Counted from the stretch's first letter, positions 37,601 to 45,062 are shown. The stretch: DNA of 56,592 nt from Candidatus Woesearchaeota archaeon (GCA_964364885.1 CAYIOA010000001.1:1-56592), one strand, 5' to 3'. Made by a program: numbers and translations. The notes: generated from the sequence alone by a model not told the origin.

Positions 37601-39544
37601 TAATTCGCGCTCCTCAGGAAGCACCAACAAATTGCCGGAGCCGACTGTCTGGCCATTACAAGAACTATCAACTGTAAAATGATATAAGTTTGAATACTGG
37701 GAAAGAATTCCGCTCGGAATAGTCCACCTGATTAACTCTTCCTTCGGCCCAACTTTCATCTGAACCCTTCCGTTTGTGCCGAATGGTGTGACTATCTGTC
37801 CGAAATTATCAAACATTCTTACATTTAAATCAACCCCCGTACATGAGCCATACTTAGTCATGCTCAATATTACTGACTTCCCTTCAGATGAAACAATTAA
37901 AGGATTAACATCACTAGAATCAATGCCGTTGCTCCAATAAGCAGTTTGAAACCCGCAAATACCGCCCCTATCAAAAATCTCATTCTCACAAAAAGTTGGA
38001 GATAGCTCATCAACCCTCTCACAATTTGACTCAATGCTAAAGCAGTCGCACAACAAGCCAATTCCGCCAGCTGGCTCGCGCAGTTTCGGATTCGCATCAG
38101 AGCATTCATCAAGTCTTTGTATAAAAACATCATCCGCACTTTGTCTTCTATCCAAGTTCAAATCACACAACTCTCCCCTGCCAATGGTAGAATCATAACA
38201 ACCAGGATTAATAGAAGCATCTACCGGTCCATTTTTATTATAATTGCAATATGAATAAATATAATCACAATTCATACCGCACCCCAATGCGCTGTTAAGT
38301 CCGAATGTAGACTCGGCAGGTCCTGCGTTCGGAAAATCAGAGCATGTTAATCCTTGGGAGAATACATCATCATTAGGATTCTCGCTGGGCTCATATAAAC
38401 CAGTTGCAAAATTTTTATTTATAGAAAATCCATTTCCATTTAAACCCTTGTCGCAAATTTCCATGCCGTCTATAATTCCATTCCCGCACTGGCTTGTTCC
38501 TCCATTATCCTGGCACTGGCACTGCACACATTCCCAGCCCTGTCCCATCAAAGAACACTGTGTTGCATCATTCAAGCATCCATCAAAACAAATTCCCCGC
38601 GAACACACCTGATTAAAGGCACAGTCATTATGCCAATAGCACTCCCCGCAATACCCGTCATAACTGCATACTTCATTAAAATTACACTGAGAATCAGAAG
38701 TGCATCTGTCAGGAATATCACAAACTCCCCCTGCGCCAGCTATATCTGAAGAGGAGACAAGAATAGTTGTTCTGCTCTGAATATTTCCCGGTCTAAGATT
38801 ACCCTGAACCAAAGACTTGCCAATACTAACCGGCGCGTAATCGCTAGAAGGAACACTCAATCCATGCAAACACGCAGACGCATAATCATCAGGAAAATCA
38901 AGACACTCCCCTATCTGCAAACTATTACTAATAACATTGGATATTCCGATAAACGGTCCTTGAGGATCAGCATCAGAATCAACAATTTGCGTCGGCCCAA
39001 CTTGGTCTAAATTTCCAAGCTCCCATATCCATTCTGGGTTATTAGGGTCCTGCCCTATGAAAGGATCTCTATCCCTATAAGTTCTTATCGTGCACTGAGC
39101 ACCGCCAGATGAAGCAACACACGCCCCGTCCACACATCCATTATCGCACTTAATCCGCGTCTCCATAATTACCCCTTGATCACACCACTGCTCATGAACA
39201 TAATCAATATAACTTCCGTCTCTATTTCTTACCTGAGAGCAATAATCTTCATCGCTCTCCCCATACTTCACATACGTAGTAGACTTCGTATAAATTCCAT
39301 TATTTCCATCAGGATCAACACATCCGTAACCATCATCAATCACTCCAGAGCCAACACACTGAGCAAAATTCAGATAATCATTATAATCAATATCTCCGTC
39401 GTTATCAAAATCAGATGAAGTTCCAGTCTGTCCAAGAGCGCTATTAATAATAAATATCCCTGCCAGCAAGACAAAAATTCCAAATAAAAGTCCAACTCTC
39501 CAAATTTTTCTCTTCTCTATTTTTATCTCCTTTTTTCTCTTCAT
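31643..39544 (-). CDS. Giant (~2,633 aa) multidomain cell-surface protein
   Basis: Uninterrupted 7.9-kb ORF with a Sec-type signal or anchor (WRVGLLFGIFVLLAGIFIINSALG). Dockerin-like DFDNDGDIDYNDY. Cys-rich repeats CGNGIIDGMEICD and CGDSLIEGIEDCDDG. Four SASDT-type modules (e.g. YTLTLVSASDTTATIEV). C-terminal PD40-like repeats (NGNWDIYLYD, DGNWEIYMRD). Ser/Gly linker and C-terminal TM anchor followed by RRRNEEKV. I prefer the ATG at 39544; the ORF-track start at 39565 is a TTG. Confidence 0.9.
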   Translation of the reverse strand: MKRKKEIKIEKRKIWRVGLLFGIFVLLAGIFIINSALGQTGTSSDFDNDGDIDYNDYLNFAQCVGSGVIDDGYGCVDPDGNNGIYTKSTTYVKYGESDEDYCSQVRNRDGSYIDYVHEQWCDQGVIMETRIKCDNGCVDGACVASSGGAQCTIRTYRDRDPFIGQDPNNPEWIWELGNLDQVGPTQIVDSDADPQGPFIGISNVISNSLQIGECLDFPDDYASACLHGLSVPSSDYAPVSIGKSLVQGNLRPGNIQSRTTILVSSSDIAGAGGVCDIPDRCTSDSQCNFNEVCSYDGYCGECYWHNDCAFNQVCSRGICFDGCLNDATQCSLMGQGWECVQCQCQDNGGTSQCGNGIIDGMEICDKGLNGNGFSINKNFATGLYEPSENPNDDVFSQGLTCSDFPNAGPAESTFGLNSALGCGMNCDYIYSYCNYNKNGPVDASINPGCYDSTIGRGELCDLNLDRRQSADDVFIQRLDECSDANPKLREPAGGIGLLCDCFSIESNCERVDELSPTFCENEIFDRGGICGFQTAYWSNGIDSSDVNPLIVSSEGKSVILSMTKYGSCTGVDLNVRMFDNFGQIVTPFGTNGRVQMKVGPKEELIRWTIPSGILSQYSNLYHFTVDSSCNGQTVGSGNLLVLPEERELIEIKDKSNGEIFVIDDAGWDINQGYNGQRTSAILLETKIVGSILKADIYGEILGVLQYLGEVSVPDSTQQPVSIFHVEHLQTTGNNAVIKLVRDSGSNNIIDLLIETKGDTPELLTQEIISMKFLFDSLNGKIAGLGNQPQIPEAAEIEISGAEVANQGRVQKGTTSGVMTTYGIKIGNQATNSFQDRVLIDIPGDQVLANVLLTLNGAQTQHQLPVGKPLSDNLFGFGLSIAGFSEFLSFNGISDSASEELIFGKISPEVGTGVTLPLAIVGAIVDVQPISTDLYYAFNGAFDLRQTSAQNPLKIHYLGKDMEIVGVTQDSVDIRSCSLCGDSLIEGIEDCDDGRQCGDGSDCTLNGVCTDGSQCGARGGDGCSSQCFVEQSLCVSSVRSMLKFDDDSVVQKGIQGNLVRGTSVDNQGIPGAGMDSMSVSYAAADNTSSYLTKSQTYTDRVFEKGSASLHFTFSPPWYFGSDSIQVYGDGQSSEMSFDSIVFDTPYQAILYASPRKDENQKIIGADLARNYDPIHVYEGERAWEEELILLSSLKNEQGWLFEVERVADIDSGFNSDIVEFRDVLTGNVYSATISSQGVGSLVIGAETYSLAYGKDAGVGDGSLSWDVTLDGQIYTIKIESASSTSAIVRVSDSTTTMARNIALGTTEAVNGLRIRVIQSSFDSLTQSFSAQLLVEGSVLINLGNLGFAQSGWVEAHDAQPEMRLFPILTSERGAKVAFLSETRVDKNIIYQVPGRFVVDDYLQGTSFIYNAGASTSTFVGKIDYGVRWSSGNVGLLDRVYVYGQPCIFDSAHGPAVLILEPPVFGEEEGNAICVPSVYTLSGLTPTPVFSSGGEALASSSSNRYYYKQITSFGSSVTLTNYSWASNVNINVPLKQQYGRLTVEGGEQSEFFSFLVPFHREKSPLETVYLDNTFGNSVRKVFISGVEYTLTLVSASDTTATIEVRSQTGLIDTRIVHEGQSDIISGLIVQVEDADEDTTGGIIRAVLNVGVSGSIIIGERELPYLLASGVVRDSSGNNSYNYGQSITFKSYGSYDMTYKSPVFGMEPETILEISTDPVGEPFYTYKTAFTPALPLSTSAFDYGTLLTLLDSDYSIGADSDDDILVLNGAVKISLDTNKDFVRQILVDSVDLYEIELVSASDTSATIKMTDNIGRSEVRDIPENGAKVFSGGIEVYLLEADETATSLSAVLLLHSCVSIEAQICRDYDGGNNYVAFSVSFKGGRGEVLQEGVYQGYSLQVISDDEAILTMNGVTQTVWLGSFTLFDPIDWNYNVYVSGIKFIGAGNSGNEVILIREGWASDICSYDTNSQWVADNTLLNEKSCFGVAPGATLYQCPYGCTGNACTGSLLGVIYDNLPGNQFDNSMNVYKEVDIKSDGNEFPIFMCYQTALDACKGIYPGSVYVHESGDTGPYLPWWNCANAGVAVIDRGESYSNYCYGGPNSQACQFGQIGSEIKLSGAKTFDLIVGGSSPKSSHKFLYNGEEHTFELLDVITGSSASVKVTSVSVTSPAIVDIVLLQQGVWQNVHGIDVFLDRSYHNTNDGSKKAVIWIERSRTLGDVYDTKILWKEYNHLSNQEKIVLHELGLDGLYKSFDDIHYEFDVSGYVDVGELVFYDDLIVWLGPVGPSYEVFYYDNGVNGLFENGNDDLGPTQLTNTGSDKNHLSIYDDSIVWADKRNGNWDIYLYDFSTNTEVPFVINQQSQWNPDIYDTKVVWQDGRDGNWEIYMRDIVSGQEDRITNNPQGQENPSIDGNVIVWEDWRNLKYLPEIFLYGLGANGLFENNGGDDSGMYGGLSFGVEPEISGTYIVWQEYGRILLYYLGADGIAGTSDDSRVLEVDKGYPNFNSNIGVQGSRIVWNSWDAEFSGNLHVMELCSAGILSLGGISSLNSGDSSNSNLGSGSSSEGLVGSSESLASGPGSEVFKSTSKGNRGRVSASVQDEEQNKLVTIILTVIFISIGVVLIIVASWILARRRNEEKV

Positions 39545-39548
39545 TTTT

Positions 39549-40451
39549 TCATATCTCAATATCAAACTTTGGATAGCTCTTTCTCACTCCAGCGCCATTA
39601 ATCGCAGTAATAGTGACATGTGCCAGCCCATCATCATTCAAATTTCCTAAGTTATACTCCCACTTTCCGCTTCCAGAATTATAAACTGCATTAGCAATCT
39701 TATCAGCAATCTTCGGCTTCCCAAATCCCACAAAAGCGAGCTCAACGCCTGAAATGCCCCTCGCATCACTAACGCTGGTTTCAATAAGAGAATTTGTCGT
39801 AGCTGGAATATAATCGCTGAAAGTTGAAACATCTTTCCCATCAATTAAAATATTTGTAAACACTGGTTCTGACGCCGGCTCAACTCTCACTGATAAACTC
39901 TTTCTCACAACTTTTTCAGCTACATTCAATCCAGGCACATTCACTAATCCAGAAAGATCTTCCTTAGCTTCAATTGTAAATGTATAACTTCCAACGCTTC
40001 CAGCAGGAGAAGCCCAGGTTAACATTCCCTGATTATCTATTTGAACATTATACGGATTAGGATTATTAACATCACAATCAACAGTGATAACTCCTCCAAT
40101 AACGGCTCTCGTGCAATAAATCTTATAGTTCAACGGAAAACCCTCTGGATCACTAACTCCAAGAGGGAAATTCAGGCTTCCGCCGTCAGAAATAATCTGT
40201 CCTGTCCATCGCGGAACCAAAGGATCCTGATTCTTCAGCGCATACTCCTGCCAGAATATTGTTTCATCACTGCTCCCGACAATTCCGTTTGAATCTAAAT
40301 CAGCATTAACGCTGCATTGTCCTGCCGGAGAGAAAGAAATAATTTCAAGAAGTTCAGGTTTCAGAGAAAAAAAAGCAAGTAAAACAATAATAGCAATCAC
40401 AACACCAAAACGTAAAGAATCATTCAATACAATAACCCTCTTCTTCCTCAT
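39549..40451 (-). CDS. Secreted or anchored Ig-like-domain protein (300 aa) sharing its C-terminal module with the 1,226-aa protein
   Basis: N-terminal anchor FGVVIAIIVLLAFF and dockerin-like DLDSNGIVGSSDE. The C-terminal ~100 aa align with residues near the C-terminus of ORF 46457-50137. Confidence 0.7.
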   Translation of the reverse strand: MRKKRVIVLNDSLRFGVVIAIIVLLAFFSLKPELLEIISFSPAGQCSVNADLDSNGIVGSSDETIFWQEYALKNQDPLVPRWTGQIISDGGSLNFPLGVSDPEGFPLNYKIYCTRAVIGGVITVDCDVNNPNPYNVQIDNQGMLTWASPAGSVGSYTFTIEAKEDLSGLVNVPGLNVAEKVVRKSLSVRVEPASEPVFTNILIDGKDVSTFSDYIPATTNSLIETSVSDARGISGVELAFVGFGKPKIADKIANAVYNSGSGKWEYNLGNLNDDGLAHVTITAINGAGVRKSYPKFDIEI

Positions 40452-40481
40452 AAATTAATGAAATAACTCCAATATATAAAA

Positions 40482-41393
40482 TTAACCAAAAAATTGTGAG
40501 AAATATTTCAAGAGAAATATCCTTGAAAAAAAGAAGACAGCCAAGCTGACTAAAATTAAAGGAACCATATATACAAATCCATCTCTCTCTTTTCCTCTGC
40601 TTACCACTCCTAAAACTAAAGAAGCAAGAACATCAGTCATAACAATAAAAAAAGCTGAGAAATAAAATATAAAATCAACAGAAACATTTACTTTTGTCAG
40701 GGAAAATGGAAGATTTATATTCGCCTGCTCAACAGGAATATCAGACAGCAAATTAGTCATAACCTCAACAAGAACTGAAGAAAGCCCGAAAAGAACAGGA
40801 GCCCCGATGGCAACAGCAAAAAAAATGAAAATAACATACATCAAAACATTTGAAGCAGCTCTTTTTCTCACATAAATTCTCTCTCTCATATTATAGGAAG
40901 TCTCTTCCAGCAGAACTGACAGATTCCCCCCGGAAACTATTCCAGAAGTTATCAGCTTCATAATCCTGCTGATTTCATCAGATTTTATTCTGGCAGCCAT
41001 ATCATTTAACGCCCGCCCTATCTCTTTCCCGGTCGCAATATCCTTTCCCAATCCAAGTATCTCCTTGTCAAGCGGAGCAAACTCTTTCCTTGAGCTGTAC
41101 AAAAGCGCCTTGTCAATAGTCATGCCGGCACGGAGATTAGAAGCCATCAAAGAAATAAAATCAGGAAAAGCATCCTCCATCTTTTTAATATCAGAGTACT
41201 TCTTAAGGCGCCCCTTGACAAAAAAATAACCCAAAAGCAGAACAAACAAGAAAACAAATGAAATTGTTGCTCCATTAGCATTTTTAGTAAGTGCATAAAT
41301 AATTCCTCCCAATAAAACAGCAATTATCAAGCTAATAAAAAATTGGACAGCGTAGTTTTTATCTTCATGAGCTTCATTATTATTTCCGTTCAT
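40482..41393 (-). CDS. Type IV pilus platform protein, T2SS-F family (TadC/EpdK-like half)
   Basis: FPDFISLMASNLRAGMTIDKAL and multiple TM helices. Start is ambiguous between the ATG at 41393 (MNGNNNE) and the ATG at 41534. The 41534 start would translate repeat copy C as a 47-aa extension. Confidence 0.72.
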   Translation of the reverse strand: MNGNNNEAHEDKNYAVQFFISLIIAVLLGGIIYALTKNANGATISFVFLFVLLLGYFFVKGRLKKYSDIKKMEDAFPDFISLMASNLRAGMTIDKALLYSSRKEFAPLDKEILGLGKDIATGKEIGRALNDMAARIKSDEISRIMKLITSGIVSGGNLSVLLEETSYNMRERIYVRKRAASNVLMYVIFIFFAVAIGAPVLFGLSSVLVEVMTNLLSDIPVEQANINLPFSLTKVNVSVDFIFYFSAFFIVMTDVLASLVLGVVSRGKERDGFVYMVPLILVSLAVFFFSRIFLLKYFSQFFG

Positions 41394-41408
41394 TTTATTC
41401 TTCTTAAA

Positions 41409-41515
41409 ATCAAAAAGTCCTTGTATTTTGCCGAAGACTGAAGTCCGCAGTTTGTTTGGATTCATCAAAGATTCTCCTCGCACTTCAGTGCGTGTTTTGT
41501 CAGGAGTCTTGGCAT
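41409..41515 (+). repeat. Modular nested-hairpin repeat, copy C (partly degenerate), between or within the platform genes
   Basis: AATCAAAAAGTCCTTGTATTTTGCCGAAGACTGAAGTCCGCAGTTTGTTTGGATTCATCAAAG...CGCAC-TTCA-GTGCG...CTTGGCATTAAA. Both termini match copies A and D. Confidence 0.7.
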
Positions 41516-41535
41516 TAAATTTTTTCAGCATCATT

Positions 41536-42417
41536 TTAAATAAGACTTGGTCTGATAGACCTCATTACCCCCAAAAACATGACTTGCACAAGCATGACAA
41601 AGAAAAACAATCCAAGGAACATACCAGTTGTAATAGCTTCAGGAAGATTAACAAGAGAAGAGATTATAGTTAAGAAAGTAATTGACAAAGCAGGAACTAT
41701 AACAGAGATAAGCATATAAAAAACAATAGTCGGATTTAACTTGTTTCCATAATTTTGTATCTGTATAAATTGCTCTTCGTTCAAGGACTTTATGCTGTCC
41801 GCAAGAACTATAGAAATGTCGCTTCCAGCTCTCATCCCATTGCTGATTTGCCACAAAGTTCTCCTAAAAAATAAGGAAGAATTTATTTCTCCAGTCTCTT
41901 CAAGAACATCTACCTGCGGCCTCCCGGAGTTTATTTTTCTTACAATCTTCTTAAACTCTTCGCTAAGCTCCCCATATCCTGAAGAGGAAATATTTACAAG
42001 AATGCTAAAAAGAAGTATGCCGGAGTTCAATTGCACAAGCATATCCTGCAAAGCAGGAATAAGATTGCTTTCTATATCTTTTTGCTTTCTAGAATCGTAA
42101 ACCTTGGGATAAATTCTTCTGATAAGAAAAATAAAGATTGAAAAGGCAAGCGAGACTGCCAAAGACAAAAGAAAAGCGCTGGAGATTTTTAATAAGACAA
42201 GAACAGTTGAAGATAAAATAAGACTAATAGCAAAAGCCATAACAGAGCCCTGAAGGCAGATAGAGAGATACTCCTCCCTTGTAAGCTCAACATCAATATT
42301 ATTCAAGATACTCTGTAGTTTAGAGCTTTTTTTAGGTTTTATATACTTCTTAAAAAAAGCAGATCTCTGCTTTAGTTTGTCAACTGAAGAGAAAGTTAAA
42401 GGAATGCGAAATTTCAT
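41536..42417 (-). CDS. Type IV pilus platform protein, T2SS-F family (TadB/EpdJ-like half)
   Basis: LIPALQDMLVQLNSGILLFSIL and TM helices at both ends. 293 aa. Confidence 0.72.
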   Translation of the reverse strand: MKFRIPLTFSSVDKLKQRSAFFKKYIKPKKSSKLQSILNNIDVELTREEYLSICLQGSVMAFAISLILSSTVLVLLKISSAFLLSLAVSLAFSIFIFLIRRIYPKVYDSRKQKDIESNLIPALQDMLVQLNSGILLFSILVNISSSGYGELSEEFKKIVRKINSGRPQVDVLEETGEINSSLFFRRTLWQISNGMRAGSDISIVLADSIKSLNEEQFIQIQNYGNKLNPTIVFYMLISVIVPALSITFLTIISSLVNLPEAITTGMFLGLFFFVMLVQVMFLGVMRSIRPSLI

Positions 42418-42422
42418 CTCAG

Positions 42423-44051
42423 CTAAGTCCTCTTTTCATTTTTATTCCCGAAAATAATTTCTTTGTTGTTCGATTTAATAGCCTTGAATAAAAGCTCCTT
42501 GTTCTTGTAATACAAATTAATAACTCTTCCCGCTTCATTCAGGCTTCTTAAGTTATTTTTAATAAGCCATAGAAAAATTTCTTTTTTCTCATTAAGGTCT
42601 TCGCTTATCTCTTCATCCGACATACCGGTATTTCTGCCTATATCCTCAAAAAATCTGGAGCTCTCGCTGTGTTTTATCATTTTATCTCCTTCAGGGCTCC
42701 ATCTATACAAGATATTTGGTCTTGCAGCATCTTTTTCAGTTTCAAATTCAGCAATTTGCATTACCCTTCTTATTCCCTTTTTTCTATCCCTGAACATAAC
42801 AACATTAAGATTGACAGCCCTCAGTAAGTTAGGAGGAACGCTCAAGGGAGGATTAATTAATCTTGAGATTGTTTCAGAAGCTGAATCAGCATGGACAGTT
42901 GCATAGACAGAATGCCCTGTGTGCATCGCCTCAAACAAAACCATTGCTTCCTGCTGTCTTCTCATCTCACCAAGAATAATTCTGTCTGGTCTCATTCTTA
43001 AGCTGTTTATAAGCAAGTCAAGCATATTGACCTCTCCCTTGCCTTCAGGATTTGGAGTCCTCGTAACCAATGGAGTCCAATACAAAAATTCAGGTAAATT
43101 CAGTTCACGTGTATCTTCAATACTGACAATTCTCTGGTTAGGCGGAACAAAAGGCATGCATGCGTTCAAAAAAGAAGTCTTCCCTGAACCAGTGCCTCCA
43201 GAAATAAGAATATTCATCTCATATTCAATAGCAAGCCAAAGCAGGGCGGCAGTATCGCTGTCGCAAGTTTTATTATTGATAAAGTCCACAATAGTAAACG
43301 GATCTCTCGCAAATTTTCTGATTGTGATTGTATTCCCCTTCGTGTTTATAGGATATAAAACAGCATTAATTCTATCTCCGCTTATCAAGTGCGCATCAAG
43401 CAAAGGATTAAGAAGAGTAATCTGCCTTCCAACTCTTCTGGCAATAATATTTGAATAATTAACAATCTCCTCTTCTTTAGTTATTGTAATATTTGTCGTC
43501 AGCCAGCCGTACTTCTTGCTAAAAACTCTTATTGGCTCTTTAGAAGAGGGTATAACAATCTCCTCAAGGTTCGGGTCTCCAACCAGAAATTCTATTTTTC
43601 CCAGTCCAAGCATTTCCTGCATCAGAACACCAACTAAAAAATCTTCAACATTCTTCTCTATCTTAGGAAGCCTTTCTTTCAGCAGCTTTCTAGCATCTCC
43701 CATAAACCTCTTCTTCACTGAAAAGAAAAATGCCGGATCAACAAGTTCGCTCATACTTATTGTTGTAACAGAAACAAGTTCATTTCTTATTCCTTCCAAA
43801 AGAGTCATTGTAACAGGGCTTATTTCAGGAATATGCAGAAGATAATTAATCCCTATAGAGTCTTTTATTATTTCTACATTTACTCTGGCTCCATCAAGCT
43901 CTATCTCATATTTTTCAAGCACTCCTTCCTTGCTCCCAACTCTGCCGGAAAATTTCTCATTTCCCCTATTTTCTTTTTGTTCCTTATCTTCAGGAGGAGC
44001 TATAGCTCTCTCATGAAATTTCTTCAAATGCTCGTCTCTCTTTTTTTTCAT
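42423..44051 (-). CDS. FlaI/TadA/VirB11-family type IV filament assembly ATPase
   Basis: Walker A ISGGTGSGKTS, Asp box VSIEDTRELN, Walker B DRIILGEMR, His box TGHSVYATVHA. Confidence 0.9.
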   Translation of the reverse strand: MKKKRDEHLKKFHERAIAPPEDKEQKENRGNEKFSGRVGSKEGVLEKYEIELDGARVNVEIIKDSIGINYLLHIPEISPVTMTLLEGIRNELVSVTTISMSELVDPAFFFSVKKRFMGDARKLLKERLPKIEKNVEDFLVGVLMQEMLGLGKIEFLVGDPNLEEIVIPSSKEPIRVFSKKYGWLTTNITITKEEEIVNYSNIIARRVGRQITLLNPLLDAHLISGDRINAVLYPINTKGNTITIRKFARDPFTIVDFINNKTCDSDTAALLWLAIEYEMNILISGGTGSGKTSFLNACMPFVPPNQRIVSIEDTRELNLPEFLYWTPLVTRTPNPEGKGEVNMLDLLINSLRMRPDRIILGEMRRQQEAMVLFEAMHTGHSVYATVHADSASETISRLINPPLSVPPNLLRAVNLNVVMFRDRKKGIRRVMQIAEFETEKDAARPNILYRWSPEGDKMIKHSESSRFFEDIGRNTGMSDEEISEDLNEKKEIFLWLIKNNLRSLNEAGRVINLYYKNKELLFKAIKSNNKEIIFGNKNEKRT

Positions 44052-44053
44052 AT

Positions 44054-44599
44054 TCAGCTTTTCTCCGAATAAGGCTCTTTACTATAAAAAACCAGCTCTG
44101 GCTCCCCAAATCTTGGATATTCTATTGTTATAAACTTCCCAGCCTGAAGAGCCCCCGCCCAATTTTCTATAACTTTTTTGTCCACATTAAACGCTTTTGC
44201 AACATTAGACAATCTTAGGCGCTTTTTCTCCTTTAATAACTCGTAAAGTTTGTCCAAGTCAGTTTTAGTGCCGCTATTCTCAGAATGAAAACTCATCATC
44301 AAATCATCAAATTCTACTTTCATGCCGGTAATTCTTCTAGTATAAAAAAATACAATTATCGAGATAACAAAAATCCATTCTATAATCACAATTATCGCTG
44401 AAAAATCTGCTCTAAAGGGATAAAAACTGCTGAACTCCTCTCCGAGGTCCAATTTTCCTACAGAATATCCTGATAAGCCGTTCTCAGCAAGTTTTGGTAT
44501 GCCGGTCCCGTAAACAACAACATGAAAGAAAGAATGAACAATACTGGCAAAAATCAATAATAAAACTACCAAACTAATAAAACCTCTTTTTCTGTCCAT
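44054..44599 (-). CDS. Membrane protein with a C-terminal winged-helix-like domain (first gene of the assembly operon)
   Basis: Two TM helices, then LYELLKEKKRLRLSNVAKAFNVDKKVIENWAGALQAGKFITIEY. 2-nt gap to the ATPase gene. Confidence 0.55.
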   Translation of the reverse strand: MDRKRGFISLVVLLLIFASIVHSFFHVVVYGTGIPKLAENGLSGYSVGKLDLGEEFSSFYPFRADFSAIIVIIEWIFVISIIVFFYTRRITGMKVEFDDLMMSFHSENSGTKTDLDKLYELLKEKKRLRLSNVAKAFNVDKKVIENWAGALQAGKFITIEYPRFGEPELVFYSKEPYSEKS

Positions 44600-44649
44600 A
44601 TTTAATTATATGTAAGAACCTTTAAAATCTTAACTATATTTAGAGATGT

Positions 44650-45060
44650 ATGAAAAAAAAGAAAGGCCAGATAAGCACAGAATATATAATAATAATATCT
44701 TTCATAACATTTGTAGTTTTAAGTATAATTGGGGTGGCTCTTTTTTATTCCTCGCAAATACAGGAATCAATTAAGTTCGGTCTTATCGAAAATATAGCGC
44801 AAAAAGTTACTTCCTCTGCAGAAGCAATATATTATTCTGGCGAGCCATCGAGAATAACTTTAACACTCTACATTCCAAGAGGAGTAAAAAGCATAGAGAT
44901 TGCAAATAACGACTTGATATTCAGCGTATCAGCCCTTGGTGGAGATGCTAAATTAGCTTACTCAAGCAAAGTGCCGATAGAAGGAGTTCTTACAAGCACC
45001 CCTGGAATTAAAAAAATAAAATTAGTTGCATTGCAGGACCGAGTATTAATATCAAATTAA
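44650..45060 (+). CDS. Type IV pilin with a class III signal peptide
   Basis: MKKKKG|QISTEYIIIISFITFVVLSIIGVALF (Q+1, E+5). Confidence 0.75.
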   Translation: MKKKKGQISTEYIIIISFITFVVLSIIGVALFYSSQIQESIKFGLIENIAQKVTSSAEAIYYSGEPSRITLTLYIPRGVKSIEIANNDLIFSVSALGGDAKLAYSSKVPIEGVLTSTPGIKKIKLVALQDRVLISN

Positions 45061-45062
45061 AA

